This document shows positions 20,770 to 31,134 of a stretch of 64,000 bases of DNA, one piece after another. The DNA is from an uncultured Candidatus Babeliaceae bacterium (GTDB taxonomy: Bacteria > Babelota > Babeliae > Babelales > Babelaceae): NCBI GenBank assembly GCA_963704655.1, contig OY969927.1:1234078-1298077 (forward strand), in the 5' to 3' direction. Positions within the stretch are counted from its first letter, which is position 1, and each line of letters begins with the position of its first letter. The notes below the pieces were generated by a model. That model was given only the letters and a program-made list of their open reading frames with translations, had not been told where the DNA came from and did no database searches. The position numbers were made by a program, and so were the translations under genes.

Positions 20770-21639
20770 TTAAAGTGAAACTTGTTTATGTGTTGGTTGG
20801 TTCTTATACGTATATTTGTGTGTTTCAAAAAGATTTGAAAGTTCTAATGCGCGTGCCAAGCGGGTTAAGCCGATTCCTGCGCCAAAACGTGGAATCATAG
20901 ATAAAGAAAAATATTCTTCAAGCTCTTTAAGTACACGGTCTTTACCAAATTTGGTAAATAACAGCTGGGAGTATGCGCCGTCTTTAATGGTAAAAAATTG
21001 TTCGCGCATAAGTTCAGTATCAGTTTCGCGCTCTGCCGACCCAATTGTCTCCATGCCATGCAATAAAACATCGATTTTATTATACAGACCATTTTCACCG
21101 CGTTTCATGTTCCAGAATGGGTTTGTTACTGCAGGAAATTTTTCAAGGCTAATACAAGCGCCATATTTTTTTTCAAGTGCAGTTTCATGAACAGCCTCAA
21201 TTGTCTCTGTTTCAAAACTTTGTGCTGTTGCTGTGTAATCGATACTTACGGGCATATCAAAGCCAAGATGTTCTAAAAGTTCAGCTTCTAGTTTTTTAAG
21301 GTCATTGAATGTTCCATGTGCCTCAAACTCAAACATAGGGAAAATTCTTTGATGGCGTCCTTCGATTGGGTTTGGTTCGTCTCGGTAACTCGTGGTTATA
21401 CAAAAAACACCCGGCCACTGCGGGTGCTTTAATATTTCTGATTCAAGCCACATTTGCCCAGTCTGCGGAAGCGGGTAACGCGTGTTCCCAAGGGTATATT
21501 CAGTGATTGTTTCTGGGTCCTCACAGGCTGCCAAAATCGAAGTGCGTGACTGCGCCGGAACCTCGATGAAGCCTTTTTTGTCTTGGAAAAAGCTGCGGAG
21601 CATTTTGACCATATCATTAAAATGTAGCGTATTATTCAT
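20770..21639 (-). CDS. Class IIb aminoacyl-tRNA synthetase catalytic-core paralog (Asn/AspRS-like, no anticodon-binding domain); possible asparagine synthetase
   Basis: LPQTGQMWLE, motif 2 SYRDE...RH...FPMFEFE, ETIGSAERE, motif 3 GAGIGLTRL; only 289 aa. Confidence 0.8.
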   Translation of the reverse strand: MNNTLHFNDMVKMLRSFFQDKKGFIEVPAQSRTSILAACEDPETITEYTLGNTRYPLPQTGQMWLESEILKHPQWPGVFCITTSYRDEPNPIEGRHQRIFPMFEFEAHGTFNDLKKLEAELLEHLGFDMPVSIDYTATAQSFETETIEAVHETALEKKYGACISLEKFPAVTNPFWNMKRGENGLYNKIDVLLHGMETIGSAERETDTELMREQFFTIKDGAYSQLLFTKFGKDRVLKELEEYFSLSMIPRFGAGIGLTRLARALELSNLFETHKYTYKNQPTHKQVSL

Positions 21640-21715
21640 ACTATCTTCTCTTTTTTTTTAGGGTGTGTATAAATTGTTACTACTCTAATGAAAATGGTAA
21701 GTCGCTGTCAACTAT

Positions 21716-22234
21716 TTATAAATCTTTTTCCATAGTAGTTACTTCGTGGTTAATAAGCCACTCTTTTGAAAGAACTTCCCAATTATGCTTTTCGTACCAC
21801 GGGATAACGTTTACATCAGAAGTAAATAAATATATTTTTTTAAATCCCATAGAACGTGCTTTTTCACATATTGTTTCTTCTAAAAGTGTGCCAATTTTTT
21901 GATTTCTATAATCAGGTGTGACATATAATGCTGCAAGCCATGGCGTGAGTCCCGGTAAAAGCCCACGCGTTTCAGCAAGAGAGCACATGCCAACGGGAAT
22001 TTCACCATCAAATGCCAAAAGCGTAAAGGGGATATGCTCATTAAGATATTTTTCACGTGATGCAATAAACGTCTCTAATGTATCAGTTGGCTTATAATGT
22101 CCCCATTCATTAAATGCCCATTGCGCACAGAGTGTGACATATTTAGGATGATTTTTTAGATAATCGATTTTAATCACTGCTTGATCTCCATACACATTTA
22201 AAAAATAGAGTAGTGTGAAGATAATTTTTTTCAT
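21716..22234 (-). CDS. GNAT family acetyltransferase
   Basis: PWLAALYVTPDYRNQKIG acetyl-CoA motif. Confidence 0.85.
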   Translation of the reverse strand: MKKIIFTLLYFLNVYGDQAVIKIDYLKNHPKYVTLCAQWAFNEWGHYKPTDTLETFIASREKYLNEHIPFTLLAFDGEIPVGMCSLAETRGLLPGLTPWLAALYVTPDYRNQKIGTLLEETICEKARSMGFKKIYLFTSDVNVIPWYEKHNWEVLSKEWLINHEVTTMEKDL

Positions 22235-22243
22235 AGTATTTTC

Positions 22244-23152
22244 TTAAGATAATTTTCTTAAGTAGTTTGCCCGTGTTTTGCCGTCAGGGTGTCCAGACAA
22301 AATTACCCCGGGAATTTTTGCTACCAGAGTTTGTTCTTTATGTGCATTAAGAATATCTTGGTGCACTTCAAAAAAATCTGCTGCGGCTGCTATTTCTTGG
22401 CGGGTGCTATGTGATGCGGCAAAGATGTCTGCTTTTTTTTCTTCATAGGCTTTGAAAAAGTAATTTGAAGAGTAGCTTAATAGTAAGTCTGTTATAGCAG
22501 CAGCAAGAAGTCCGGCAAGTATTGCAAAGCCATCTAAAATCATTAATAACGTAACACTTGTTGTAATTCCAACATAGGCTGAAATGGTACCAATAAGTGA
22601 AATAAGCACCATCTTTTTATAAGAGTAGTTATAATAAACATGGCCCAATTCATGCTTAAAGATAAAAAGCTGCGCATCGGGTGATAACGCCTGCCTGATA
22701 GCATTAATTCTCTGTTTTTGCGCTTGCGGTGTAGTTGGAAAAATCTGTATTTCAACAATATTTTTTACTTTAATTGCTTCTGGGTCATCCTCAAAAGCTG
22801 AACATACAAGTGGGTCGATAATTATGGCATTATTAATGGCCATTGCTATGCTTTCATACGTATAACCATAGCGCAACTGTACCGTGTCAGTATGTATTCC
22901 ACAAGATCGTATTACTTTTTCTAAAAGTTCTTTGTGCGCGCCTGTGGGAATAAAGGGCAATGCTTTAATTTGGTTTAATGCGTTTTTCCAGTTTAGATAA
23001 AACAGATAAAATCCAATAAAAAGTGAACAGATTATCGCGCCATAGGCACTTTGAATAAAGTCTGAATAAAAATATGCGATTGCAAGAATAGGTAAACTTA
23101 AATTTACTATCCCTAATGCCTGCTGGCGTAATAGCGCAAGTACTGATTTCAT
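22244..23152 (-). CDS. M48-like membrane zinc metalloprotease
   Basis: HELGH, EKKAD, HP motif. Confidence 0.75.
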   Translation of the reverse strand: MKSVLALLRQQALGIVNLSLPILAIAYFYSDFIQSAYGAIICSLFIGFYLFYLNWKNALNQIKALPFIPTGAHKELLEKVIRSCGIHTDTVQLRYGYTYESIAMAINNAIIIDPLVCSAFEDDPEAIKVKNIVEIQIFPTTPQAQKQRINAIRQALSPDAQLFIFKHELGHVYYNYSYKKMVLISLIGTISAYVGITTSVTLLMILDGFAILAGLLAAAITDLLLSYSSNYFFKAYEEKKADIFAASHSTRQEIAAAADFFEVHQDILNAHKEQTLVAKIPGVILSGHPDGKTRANYLRKLS

Positions 23153-23183
23153 GTTGCTCTTTTCTGTTTTTTTCTATTAAAAT

Positions 23184-23915
23184 TTATTTATTATTTAAGA
23201 ATTCTCGAACATGTCTGTTTTTTGTAAGGCCTAAAAATTTAGTGGCAAATGGGAGTGTTTCTTTCCAAATAGTTAAAATTTCTTCTGCCTCTTTTGGTGA
23301 GGATATAACGTTTTCTGTTATGTCAATTTGGTCGAACCCTTGGAATTGACGATTAAGTTGCAAAAAATTTGCAAGTGCATAAAGTTTACCAATTTTAAAT
23401 GCTATTTCCTTAGGCAGATCACGATCATCAAAATAGTATGCCTTCTCAAGCTCATAAATGAAGGTCTCAAATGTCTTTTTTTCTGTTATATCAAAAATAG
23501 TTATTTCTCCCACATCTTTATTATAGGTGAAATCATAATCTCTACCATTGATTCTTCTTATTGTGTGATCTCTAATATCTCTGGTCGGATCAAAGCATTC
23601 AAAGGGTATTTTTTTAAAGGAGGTTTGGGTTTCAGTTAAGGGATGAAATCTAAACCGAAGGTCACGTGTTATTCCATTTGGGTTAAAAGTTAGCTCGCCC
23701 ACCTGTCCTCTCAGTCCCCTCATACTACCTGCACATATTCCCTGGGGGAACTTTTCATTAATGTCGGTGAATGTTCTAATCGGTTGTGCTTGAGGTTTGT
23801 GTTGCTCAAAGAGCTCTATCGTTTGCTTATATAAGTCAAACTCGCATGATTGGATGTGCAACGCAAACAAGATATTTAAAAAGCCTCCAGCCGTAAGATA
23901 TTTTACATATTTCAT
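23184..23915 (-). CDS. Hypothetical secreted protein, tandem paralog of 23965..24735
   Basis: Shared MKYVKYLTA start and near-identical C-terminal block. Confidence 0.7.
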   Translation of the reverse strand: MKYVKYLTAGGFLNILFALHIQSCEFDLYKQTIELFEQHKPQAQPIRTFTDINEKFPQGICAGSMRGLRGQVGELTFNPNGITRDLRFRFHPLTETQTSFKKIPFECFDPTRDIRDHTIRRINGRDYDFTYNKDVGEITIFDITEKKTFETFIYELEKAYYFDDRDLPKEIAFKIGKLYALANFLQLNRQFQGFDQIDITENVISSPKEAEEILTIWKETLPFATKFLGLTKNRHVREFLNNK

Positions 23916-23964
23916 AAGGAAAGTTCTCTTTGTTAAAGGAAAGGGGCATTTTAGCCCCTTTGGG

Positions 23965-24735
23965 TTATTCAGTTTTTTCTAAGAATTCTTGTACATGCCT
24001 GTTTTGTGCAAGGCCTAAAAAATTAGTGGCAAATTGGCGTGTTTCTTTCCAAATAGTTAAAATTTCTTCTGCTTCTTTTGGCGATGATATAACGTTTTCT
24101 GTTATATCAATTTGGTCGAACCCTTGGAATTGACGATTAAGTTGCAAAAAATTTGCAAGTGCATAAAGTTTACCAATTTTAAAACCTATTTCCCCAGGAT
24201 AAAGAGAATCATCATAATCTTTATCATCATCAGAATAGTATGCCTCCTCAAGCTCCTGGGTGAAGGTCTCAAATGTCTTTTTTTCTGTTATATCAATAAT
24301 AGTTATTTCTCCTAAATCTTTATTATAGGCGAATTCATAATTTCTACCATCGATTTTTCTTTTTGTATTATCTCTAACATAATCTCTGGACGGATCAAAG
24401 CATTCAAAGGGTATTTTTTTAAAGGAGGTTTGGGTTTCAGTTAGGGGATGAAATAAAAGGCAAAGGTGACCGCTTATTCCACTTGGTTTAAAAGTTAGCT
24501 CGCCCATCTGTCCCCCCATATTACCTACATATATTCCCTGAGGGAACTTTTCATTAATGTCGGTGAATGTTCTAACCGGTTGTGGTTGAGGTTTGTATCG
24601 CTCAAAGATCTCTACCGTTTGCTCATATAAATCGAACTCGTACGACTCATCTAAATCGAACTCGCACGATTGGATATGCAGTATAAACATGATGTTGAAA
24701 AAAACTACTGCTGTAAGATATTTTACATATTTCAT
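23965..24735 (-). CDS. Hypothetical secreted protein, tandem paralog of 23184..23915
   Basis: Shares MKYVKYLTA start and C-terminal block with 23184..23915. Confidence 0.7.
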   Translation of the reverse strand: MKYVKYLTAVVFFNIMFILHIQSCEFDLDESYEFDLYEQTVEIFERYKPQPQPVRTFTDINEKFPQGIYVGNMGGQMGELTFKPSGISGHLCLLFHPLTETQTSFKKIPFECFDPSRDYVRDNTKRKIDGRNYEFAYNKDLGEITIIDITEKKTFETFTQELEEAYYSDDDKDYDDSLYPGEIGFKIGKLYALANFLQLNRQFQGFDQIDITENVISSPKEAEEILTIWKETRQFATNFLGLAQNRHVQEFLEKTE

Positions 24736-24744
24736 ACTAGTTCT

Positions 24745-26361
24745 TTATATTAATGGGTTAATGTTTTGCTGATGATATGTTATCGCGCTTTGTACCAAAT
24801 GGGTAAAAAGTGGATGTGGGGCAAATGGTTTGCTTTGTAGTTCTGGGTGAAATTGGCAGGCGATAAAATACGGGTGTTTCGGTATTTCGATAATTTCTGG
24901 CAAGTTACTTGTTTCATGTTTGCCCGAAATTATAAAACCGGCTTTTTCAAACTGTTCTGCATAGTGTGTATTAAATTCATACCGGTGTCTATGCCGTTCT
25001 GAAATAGTGTCTTTTTGGTAAACTTTTTCTGCCAAACTGCCCGGTTTAATGACACAGATCTGTGCGCCCAGGCGCATGGTGCCGCCCTTATTAGTAACCT
25101 CTTTTTGCGCAGCCATAATATCGATTACAGGATTTTTTGTTGCCGGTGTAAACTCTGTTGAATCTGCATCGGGGATTTTAAGCACGTTGCGCGCAAATTC
25201 AATAACGGCTATCTGCATGCCCAAGCAAATACCCAAATAGGGGATATTATGTTCGCGTGCATATTGTGCTGCAAGAATTTTCCCTTCAATGCCTCTGTCG
25301 CCAAAGCCGCCCGGAACAAGAATGCCATCTATATTTTTTAATTTTTCTTTACAATTTTCTGGAGTAAGTTCTTCTGAATTTACCCAAACCATAGTGACTT
25401 TTGTCTTTGTGGCAATTTGTGCATGTAATAAGGCTTCATATAAACTTTTGTAGGCGTCTTTGAGCCCCATATATTTTCCAACGATTGCTATAGTAACCGT
25501 GCCGTGCAAGTTTTGTAATGTATCTGCAATTTTTTGCCAGGCAGTTAAGTCTGGCGCATAGTAGGTAATGTTTAAATGGCGCGCAATGGTTTGTGGTAAG
25601 CCCTGTTGTGCATAATGTAATGGTAACTGATAAATGCTTGCAAGGTCCGGGGCAGAGACAACCGATTCTTTTTCAACATTAGTAAATAGGGCGATTTTAT
25701 CTTTAATGTCATTGGGTAACGGAATTTCAGTTCTGCAGATTAAAATATCAGGTTGAACACCCAGCGAAGTTAATTGTTTAACGGCATGCTGAGTTGGTTT
25801 GGTTTTTAGCTCTTCTGTTATATGCAAATAGGGGACATAGGTTAGATGTATATAGATACAGTCTTTGCGGCCCGCATATAAACCCATTTGTCTGATAGCC
25901 TCAATAAAGGGGAGCCCTTCGATATCACCGACAGTTCCGCCGATCTCTATGAGTGTGCAATCGACATCTTTGGCAGCATCTATAATAGTTTTTTTAATCT
26001 CATCAGTAAGATGGGGAACAATCTGGATGGTGCCGCCAAGAAAATCACCTTTACGCTCTTTTTCAATAAGGCGCGCATATAATTTGCCCGAGGTAACACT
26101 ATTTTCTTTTTTTAATGTTGCATGGGTAAAACGTTCATAATGGCCTATATCTAAATCTGTCTCTGCGCCATCTTCTGTTACAAAAACTTCGCCATGTTGA
26201 TACGGGCTCATGGTGCCTGGGTCGACATTAAGGTAAGGATCAAGTTTTAAGAATGAGACACGGTAGCCCATGCTTTCTAAAAGTGCGCCTATTGCTGCTG
26301 CAGTAAGCCCTTTGCCCAATGATGAAAGGACGCCACCGGTGATAAAGATATATTTTGGCAT
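24745..26361 (-). CDS. pyrG: CTP synthase
   Basis: KYIFITGGVLSSLGKG, DPYLNVDPGTMSP, GICLGMQ, RHRHRYE, QFHPE. Confidence 0.98.
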   Translation of the reverse strand: MPKYIFITGGVLSSLGKGLTAAAIGALLESMGYRVSFLKLDPYLNVDPGTMSPYQHGEVFVTEDGAETDLDIGHYERFTHATLKKENSVTSGKLYARLIEKERKGDFLGGTIQIVPHLTDEIKKTIIDAAKDVDCTLIEIGGTVGDIEGLPFIEAIRQMGLYAGRKDCIYIHLTYVPYLHITEELKTKPTQHAVKQLTSLGVQPDILICRTEIPLPNDIKDKIALFTNVEKESVVSAPDLASIYQLPLHYAQQGLPQTIARHLNITYYAPDLTAWQKIADTLQNLHGTVTIAIVGKYMGLKDAYKSLYEALLHAQIATKTKVTMVWVNSEELTPENCKEKLKNIDGILVPGGFGDRGIEGKILAAQYAREHNIPYLGICLGMQIAVIEFARNVLKIPDADSTEFTPATKNPVIDIMAAQKEVTNKGGTMRLGAQICVIKPGSLAEKVYQKDTISERHRHRYEFNTHYAEQFEKAGFIISGKHETSNLPEIIEIPKHPYFIACQFHPELQSKPFAPHPLFTHLVQSAITYHQQNINPLI

Positions 26362-26463
26362 AGTGAGTGCATTGTTATGAATTTAAAATCTTACAATGCA
26401 CTATAGTATAGCATAATTTCTTGCACACTTGTTTTTTGTGCCAGTAATTTTTTAGATTTATAT

Positions 26464-26506
26464 AACGGCCGCTCGTGGTGAGCGTAGTCGAATCCATGCG
26501 GCCGTT
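26464..26506. repeat. REP-like palindromic element
   Basis: aacggccgc-tcgtggtgagcgtagtcgaatccat-gcggccgtt. Confidence 0.7.
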
Positions 26507-26542
26507 TTTAATATACTTTTTTTTTATATATATGGGGTTATT

Positions 26543-26863
26543 ATGATTTCAAGAAGATTTTTGGCGATTTTGATATGTGGCCTATGCGCTATTCCTGCAT
26601 TGGATGCGCGACGTAAGAAATCAAAAGTTGAACAACCTGCTTGTAGCAAAGATGAAAAGGCCTGTAAAGATTTGAAGAACCCATGTAAATGCTATTGTGC
26701 ATTTAAACCGGGCCCTCGCGATAAAGTTGCAGATGACAAGCCGATATGCATTAAAGATGATCCAGAAGGCAATTACTGTTATTGCAAAAAGCGCGATATC
26801 GATAAAGTGAATGCAGAGCGTAAAGCTCGAAATGAGCCTGAAATATCTTATGAGGCCGCCTGA
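26543..26863 (+). CDS. Small Cys-rich secreted protein
   Basis: Signal peptide, CKCYC and YCYC motifs. Confidence 0.65.
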   Translation: MISRRFLAILICGLCAIPALDARRKKSKVEQPACSKDEKACKDLKNPCKCYCAFKPGPRDKVADDKPICIKDDPEGNYCYCKKRDIDKVNAERKARNEPEISYEAA

Positions 26864-27177
26864 TTCATTTCTTCGTAGGAAGATTCTAATTGATTAAAAA
26901 AAACGTGAGGCTCTGGAAGAGCTATTAAAGGCCCATTTGATTTAAAGAATGCAACGTACTTTTGATTTTTTCTTTTTGCTTTGACGATAATGTGTTTACC
27001 TTCAAGATCACCGATTGCTCGGTAATAAACAGTATTTTTGGTAGCGTTTTGAGTTTTGACTATAAAAGATGTAATTGAACCTTGATGGACATTAAGATTC
27101 ACGAGAGTTTCAGCTGAATGTGCTTTAAATGTGGTTAATAAAAAAACTGCGATAAAGATTTTGTTAAGAGTATTCAT
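26848..27177 (-). CDS. Hypothetical secreted protein
   Basis: Signal peptide ending AHS. Confidence 0.5.
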   Translation of the reverse strand: MNTLNKIFIAVFLLTTFKAHSAETLVNLNVHQGSITSFIVKTQNATKNTVYYRAIGDLEGKHIIVKAKRKNQKYVAFFKSNGPLIALPEPHVFFNQLESSYEEMNQAAS

Positions 27178-27263
27178 AGGGTTTTCTTAATTTAAAATTG
27201 GTTCTAATAATTGCTATAAGTATAATATATTTTTGCACAAAGTTCAAAGCAAGCCTGAGTTTC

Positions 27264-27623
27264 TTATTTACTGTGATCGGTAATATAACACTTTATAATA
27301 TCAAGCGCGGTTTCTTCTTCATGCGCAGCGCAATGAGCCTCATGAAAATAATGGAGCATGTTAATGCCATTATTAATTGCGAAAAGGCCGCAAAGTGCAG
27401 CAAACCAAGAATAATCTTGTTGAGTTTTGTGGTACATAATGCTGGTGAGTATACACCAATAGAGTGATGAATATGCGTGCTTTCGTAACTTGCGCGCATC
27501 GTGGTGAACTTTAGGGTTTTTGTTTTCTATTTCCGCTTGAGATTTTAAGGGTGTGGCTATAATTAAAGAGAAACAAAAAACTATTTGTATGAGTAGAGTT
27601 TTTAAAAAAAAATTTATTCCCAT
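27264..27623 (-). CDS. Hypothetical membrane/secreted protein
   Basis: Signal peptide plus hydrophobic segments. Confidence 0.45.
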   Translation of the reverse strand: MGINFFLKTLLIQIVFCFSLIIATPLKSQAEIENKNPKVHHDARKLRKHAYSSLYWCILTSIMYHKTQQDYSWFAALCGLFAINNGINMLHYFHEAHCAAHEEETALDIIKCYITDHSK

Positions 27624-27638
27624 AACTTTTTTTTCAGA

Positions 27639-27672
27639 GGTTAGTACCGTAGTTTTAATTACGGTACTAGCC
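27639..27672. terminator. Hairpin, probable terminator of the MutS-like gene
   Basis: ggttagtaccgta...tacggtactagcc inverted repeat. Confidence 0.5.
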
Positions 27673-27705
27673 TAATCTCTTTTTATTTAAATTGTATAGG
27701 CTTTA

Positions 27706-29631
27706 TTAGAGTTCTAATAAAAAGCGAGTACGTTTTGGTTCGTCATTAAACCACCAATTTGCTGCACCGGGTAGCAATTTAAATGTCCGTATAAAGCTTT
27801 GGCCAGCATCTTGAAGTTCCATTTGGTAATTTATATAATGTGCATTTTCTTGTGCCAAGAATGTCGGTCTTTCAAGATGGGTAGCAAGAACAGAGATACA
27901 CTTATCATTTTGTGCAAGCTTGTTACACAGCTGAATAACAAATTGTTCCGCAACGCGTTCTATAGTGCCTCGACATGGTTCATCGATAATGAAAAAGTAA
28001 GCATCTGAGTTTTTAAGATTATCTATGGTGTTCATAATTGTATCAAGACGTTTCTTTTCTGCCATGAATGTCGACATGCCGTGTTCAAGATCTGCTTGTG
28101 GTGATAAATAAGTGCGTAAGCCTGTAAATACACGCATTGTTGCTTTTTCAGCAGGTGCGATACCCCAACCTTGAGCAAGAATAATTCCCCAGCTTATAGC
28201 GGCCATAGAAGTTGATTTACCGCCACCATTAGGACCGGTGATAATCATATTTCTTGGTTTACCCATACCCAAATGAACCGAGTTGGTAACAGTTTTTTTG
28301 CTGGTAAGTCCAGGGTGCCAGAAATGTATACATTCAAGTGAAGGTGCGTCCTGAGTAAATTCTGGTAAGCAGAATGGTGCGTGTGTGCCATTGTGTTCAT
28401 GGTAAAGTTTTACAATTGATAAGATCGCATCGCATTCGCCTAATGCTTTCAAAAGAGGCACTAATTCATCTTTTGTTTGCATTAATAATTTGTGTGCTAA
28501 AAGAGCCGACCCTGTTAATATACTTGTTGCAGAGCTATTTTTTAGTGATGCAAGAAGTTCAAAGAGGCTTTTTAACTCTGGTGAAACATCTTGGTCATGG
28601 ATATATTTTTCAATAGTTTTAAATGATGACAATTCTGCACATGCGGGGTTTTTTTGGCTGAAATCATAAAGTTGAACGCATCCGTCGTACCATTGCGCTA
28701 TTTCATGAATAGCTGCGCTGAGTTGAGCTGTTGTTTTATAGGTATTCTTAATTTTTTTAATATGAGTATCAATATCTTTTGCTGCAAAATAATCATACGT
28801 AGCTATATATCCAATAACGCCAAGAGTTGCAATCAAAGGGGCAGAAGAAATTAAACTTTCCTGGGTGATAAGGCTGCTCTCAATAAGCGTTTTCCAATCG
28901 CCACCAGAAAGCTTAGGTGAATCTAAAAAAAACGAGAAATCACTTAACTTATTTTCACTAAAATATGATTGAAATGGGTTGTGAAGACGAATAGGATAGT
29001 AAAAACCATCTTTTATTGCATCGATGTAATTTCCGGGTATTTTCTTATTAAGAGATATTATAAATTCTTTAATTATACTGCCAAGGCAATTTTTGGCTAA
29101 ATATCCTGTTACAATTAAGGCAGAGTTGACATTACCCGCAAGATTTAAAGCTAATTTACTTGAGTTTAAGTAGTTACTTATTTTTGGAAAAATACCAAAG
29201 AAATCATAATAGAGCTCTTGTGTATTTTGATGAAGTTGGTTTGCAGGTTGCCAATAGGCTAAGAGTGCAGGTTTATTAATTTTTTGTATGATACCCTGAT
29301 ATTCATCAAAAACTATTGAATCAGAGATAAGAATTTTAAGGGCGTTTTGGCGTACATTAAGGGCATCTAGAGTCGTTAAAGGGTGGGTTAGCATCTTATG
29401 TAAACCCCAAAGGCCAAATGGTGTTTCCGATCGATTTAAGGTGGCTATTATGGCATCATAATTGAGCTCTTTATAGCCTTCTTGATTGATAAATGTCGAT
29501 ACTGTGCTTGGATTGGCAGCGGCTATGGTTGAGAATGCTTGACTGGAAGCGTGAAGCGCATTGATTGGCTTGCCGGTAAGAAGGCCGGCTAAAATAAGCG
29601 AAAACAGGGTAATTTTTTTAAATAACGTCAT
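27706..29631 (-). CDS. MutS-family ATPase (domain III/V type, not MutS1), with signal peptide
   Basis: ITGPNGGGKS, STFMAE, IIDEP, ATH. Confidence 0.8.
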   Translation of the reverse strand: MTLFKKITLFSLILAGLLTGKPINALHASSQAFSTIAAANPSTVSTFINQEGYKELNYDAIIATLNRSETPFGLWGLHKMLTHPLTTLDALNVRQNALKILISDSIVFDEYQGIIQKINKPALLAYWQPANQLHQNTQELYYDFFGIFPKISNYLNSSKLALNLAGNVNSALIVTGYLAKNCLGSIIKEFIISLNKKIPGNYIDAIKDGFYYPIRLHNPFQSYFSENKLSDFSFFLDSPKLSGGDWKTLIESSLITQESLISSAPLIATLGVIGYIATYDYFAAKDIDTHIKKIKNTYKTTAQLSAAIHEIAQWYDGCVQLYDFSQKNPACAELSSFKTIEKYIHDQDVSPELKSLFELLASLKNSSATSILTGSALLAHKLLMQTKDELVPLLKALGECDAILSIVKLYHEHNGTHAPFCLPEFTQDAPSLECIHFWHPGLTSKKTVTNSVHLGMGKPRNMIITGPNGGGKSTSMAAISWGIILAQGWGIAPAEKATMRVFTGLRTYLSPQADLEHGMSTFMAEKKRLDTIMNTIDNLKNSDAYFFIIDEPCRGTIERVAEQFVIQLCNKLAQNDKCISVLATHLERPTFLAQENAHYINYQMELQDAGQSFIRTFKLLPGAANWWFNDEPKRTRFLLEL

Positions 29632-29753
29632 TTTTTGTCCCTTTTTAAGGTCTAAATTATTTATTTTACTATCTTTGATTATAGTTAAAATATTCTTTTT
29701 GTCAATAAATCGACCTTTTTTTAAAGGGGATCTTGTGACGTTATTTTTAAAAA

Positions 29754-30965
29754 TTATTCAATAAATGTTATAGCTTGGCCAACTTTACCAGCGCGGCCAG
29801 TTCTGCCGATTCTGTGTATGTAATCTTCATGCGTCTGCGGTAAATCATAGTTAATAACATGTGAGACATCGTCTATATCTATTCCGCGAGCAACAACATC
29901 GGTAGCTAAAAGAATGTTAGTTTTATTTTCTTTAAATGAAGCTAACGCTTTGGTACGTTGATTTTGTTCTTTATCGCCATGGATCGTAGCTATTTTGAAT
30001 CCGCGTGATATAAGGTCGCGTGATAATCTGTCTGCAATATATTTTGTTCTTAAAAATATAATACTTTTTGTTACTTCTGGTTTAATCAGAAGATCATGTA
30101 ATAATTCTATTTTAACCTGATGCCCTATCTTTATGACATCTTGATTTACGTTTTCTGCCGATTGTCTGGTTTTAACAGATATCGAAACAGGGTTTTGTAA
30201 AAAGCCGTCCATAACTTTTTTGATATTTTTTGGCATGGTTGCTGAGAAAAACAGAGAATGGCGTTTTGGCGGTAACTTACTAATGATATATTTTATATCA
30301 TTAATAAAGCCCATATCAAGCATGGTATCGACTTCGTCTAACACGATAGCATCAAAATTATAGAAATTAATGAGTCGGTTTTGTTCTAAATCAATTAACC
30401 TGCCCGGTGTCCCTATAACAAATTCTGGATTTTTGCTCAGTTGGCTTATTTGCTTGTGCATAGCCAATCCACCAATACAGACAGCAGATTTTATGCCTGT
30501 TTTGTTTTTAAAAAGAAATAGTTCAGCATCAATTTGTCCTGCGAGTTCTCGCGTAGGCGTAATAATCAATGCACGTGTTGTCTTTTTAGTTACAATATTG
30601 TTCACGAGTGGAATTAAAAAAGCAGCTGTTTTTCCGGTTCCTGTATTGGCTGTAGCGATAATATCGCGCCCTTGTAATAATAAGGGAATAGCCTCATCTT
30701 GAATAGGTGTAGGGTTTATATATCCTTTAGCTGCAATATTGTCTTTAATTTGTTGTTCTAATAAAAAATCGGGAAACGTATGTTTAGGAACATAGGTTGC
30801 TGAAACGACTTGTTCTTCAACTTTTTTCATGAAAAGTGAAGGGTCAAATTTTTTAATCTCTCTTTTTGGTGAGCGACTTTGTCCAGAGCGCTGTGCGCCT
30901 GGCTTATTTGAATAATGTTTGTTTGAACTGTTGTGTGATCTATTGTTATTGCTATAGTGTGCCAT
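29754..30965 (-). CDS. DEAD/DEAH-box RNA helicase
   Basis: PTPIQ, TGTGKT, PTRELA, TPGRL, DEVD, SAT, ARGID, HRIGRTGR. Confidence 0.95.
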   Translation of the reverse strand: MAHYSNNNRSHNSSNKHYSNKPGAQRSGQSRSPKREIKKFDPSLFMKKVEEQVVSATYVPKHTFPDFLLEQQIKDNIAAKGYINPTPIQDEAIPLLLQGRDIIATANTGTGKTAAFLIPLVNNIVTKKTTRALIITPTRELAGQIDAELFLFKNKTGIKSAVCIGGLAMHKQISQLSKNPEFVIGTPGRLIDLEQNRLINFYNFDAIVLDEVDTMLDMGFINDIKYIISKLPPKRHSLFFSATMPKNIKKVMDGFLQNPVSISVKTRQSAENVNQDVIKIGHQVKIELLHDLLIKPEVTKSIIFLRTKYIADRLSRDLISRGFKIATIHGDKEQNQRTKALASFKENKTNILLATDVVARGIDIDDVSHVINYDLPQTHEDYIHRIGRTGRAGKVGQAITFIE

Positions 30966-31134
30966 AGGTATGCTACTTTCGTTATATAATTTATTACTTT
31001 TTCATAGTATAACTATAAAATTCTATTTGTAAAGTTTTTCAATGGGGTTACGTATAAGAGACTCTTGTGGATTTTATCTTGCTTGTGTTACCTTAACATC
31101 AAAGTTTAATGTGTTAAAAAGGGGTGAAAAAACT

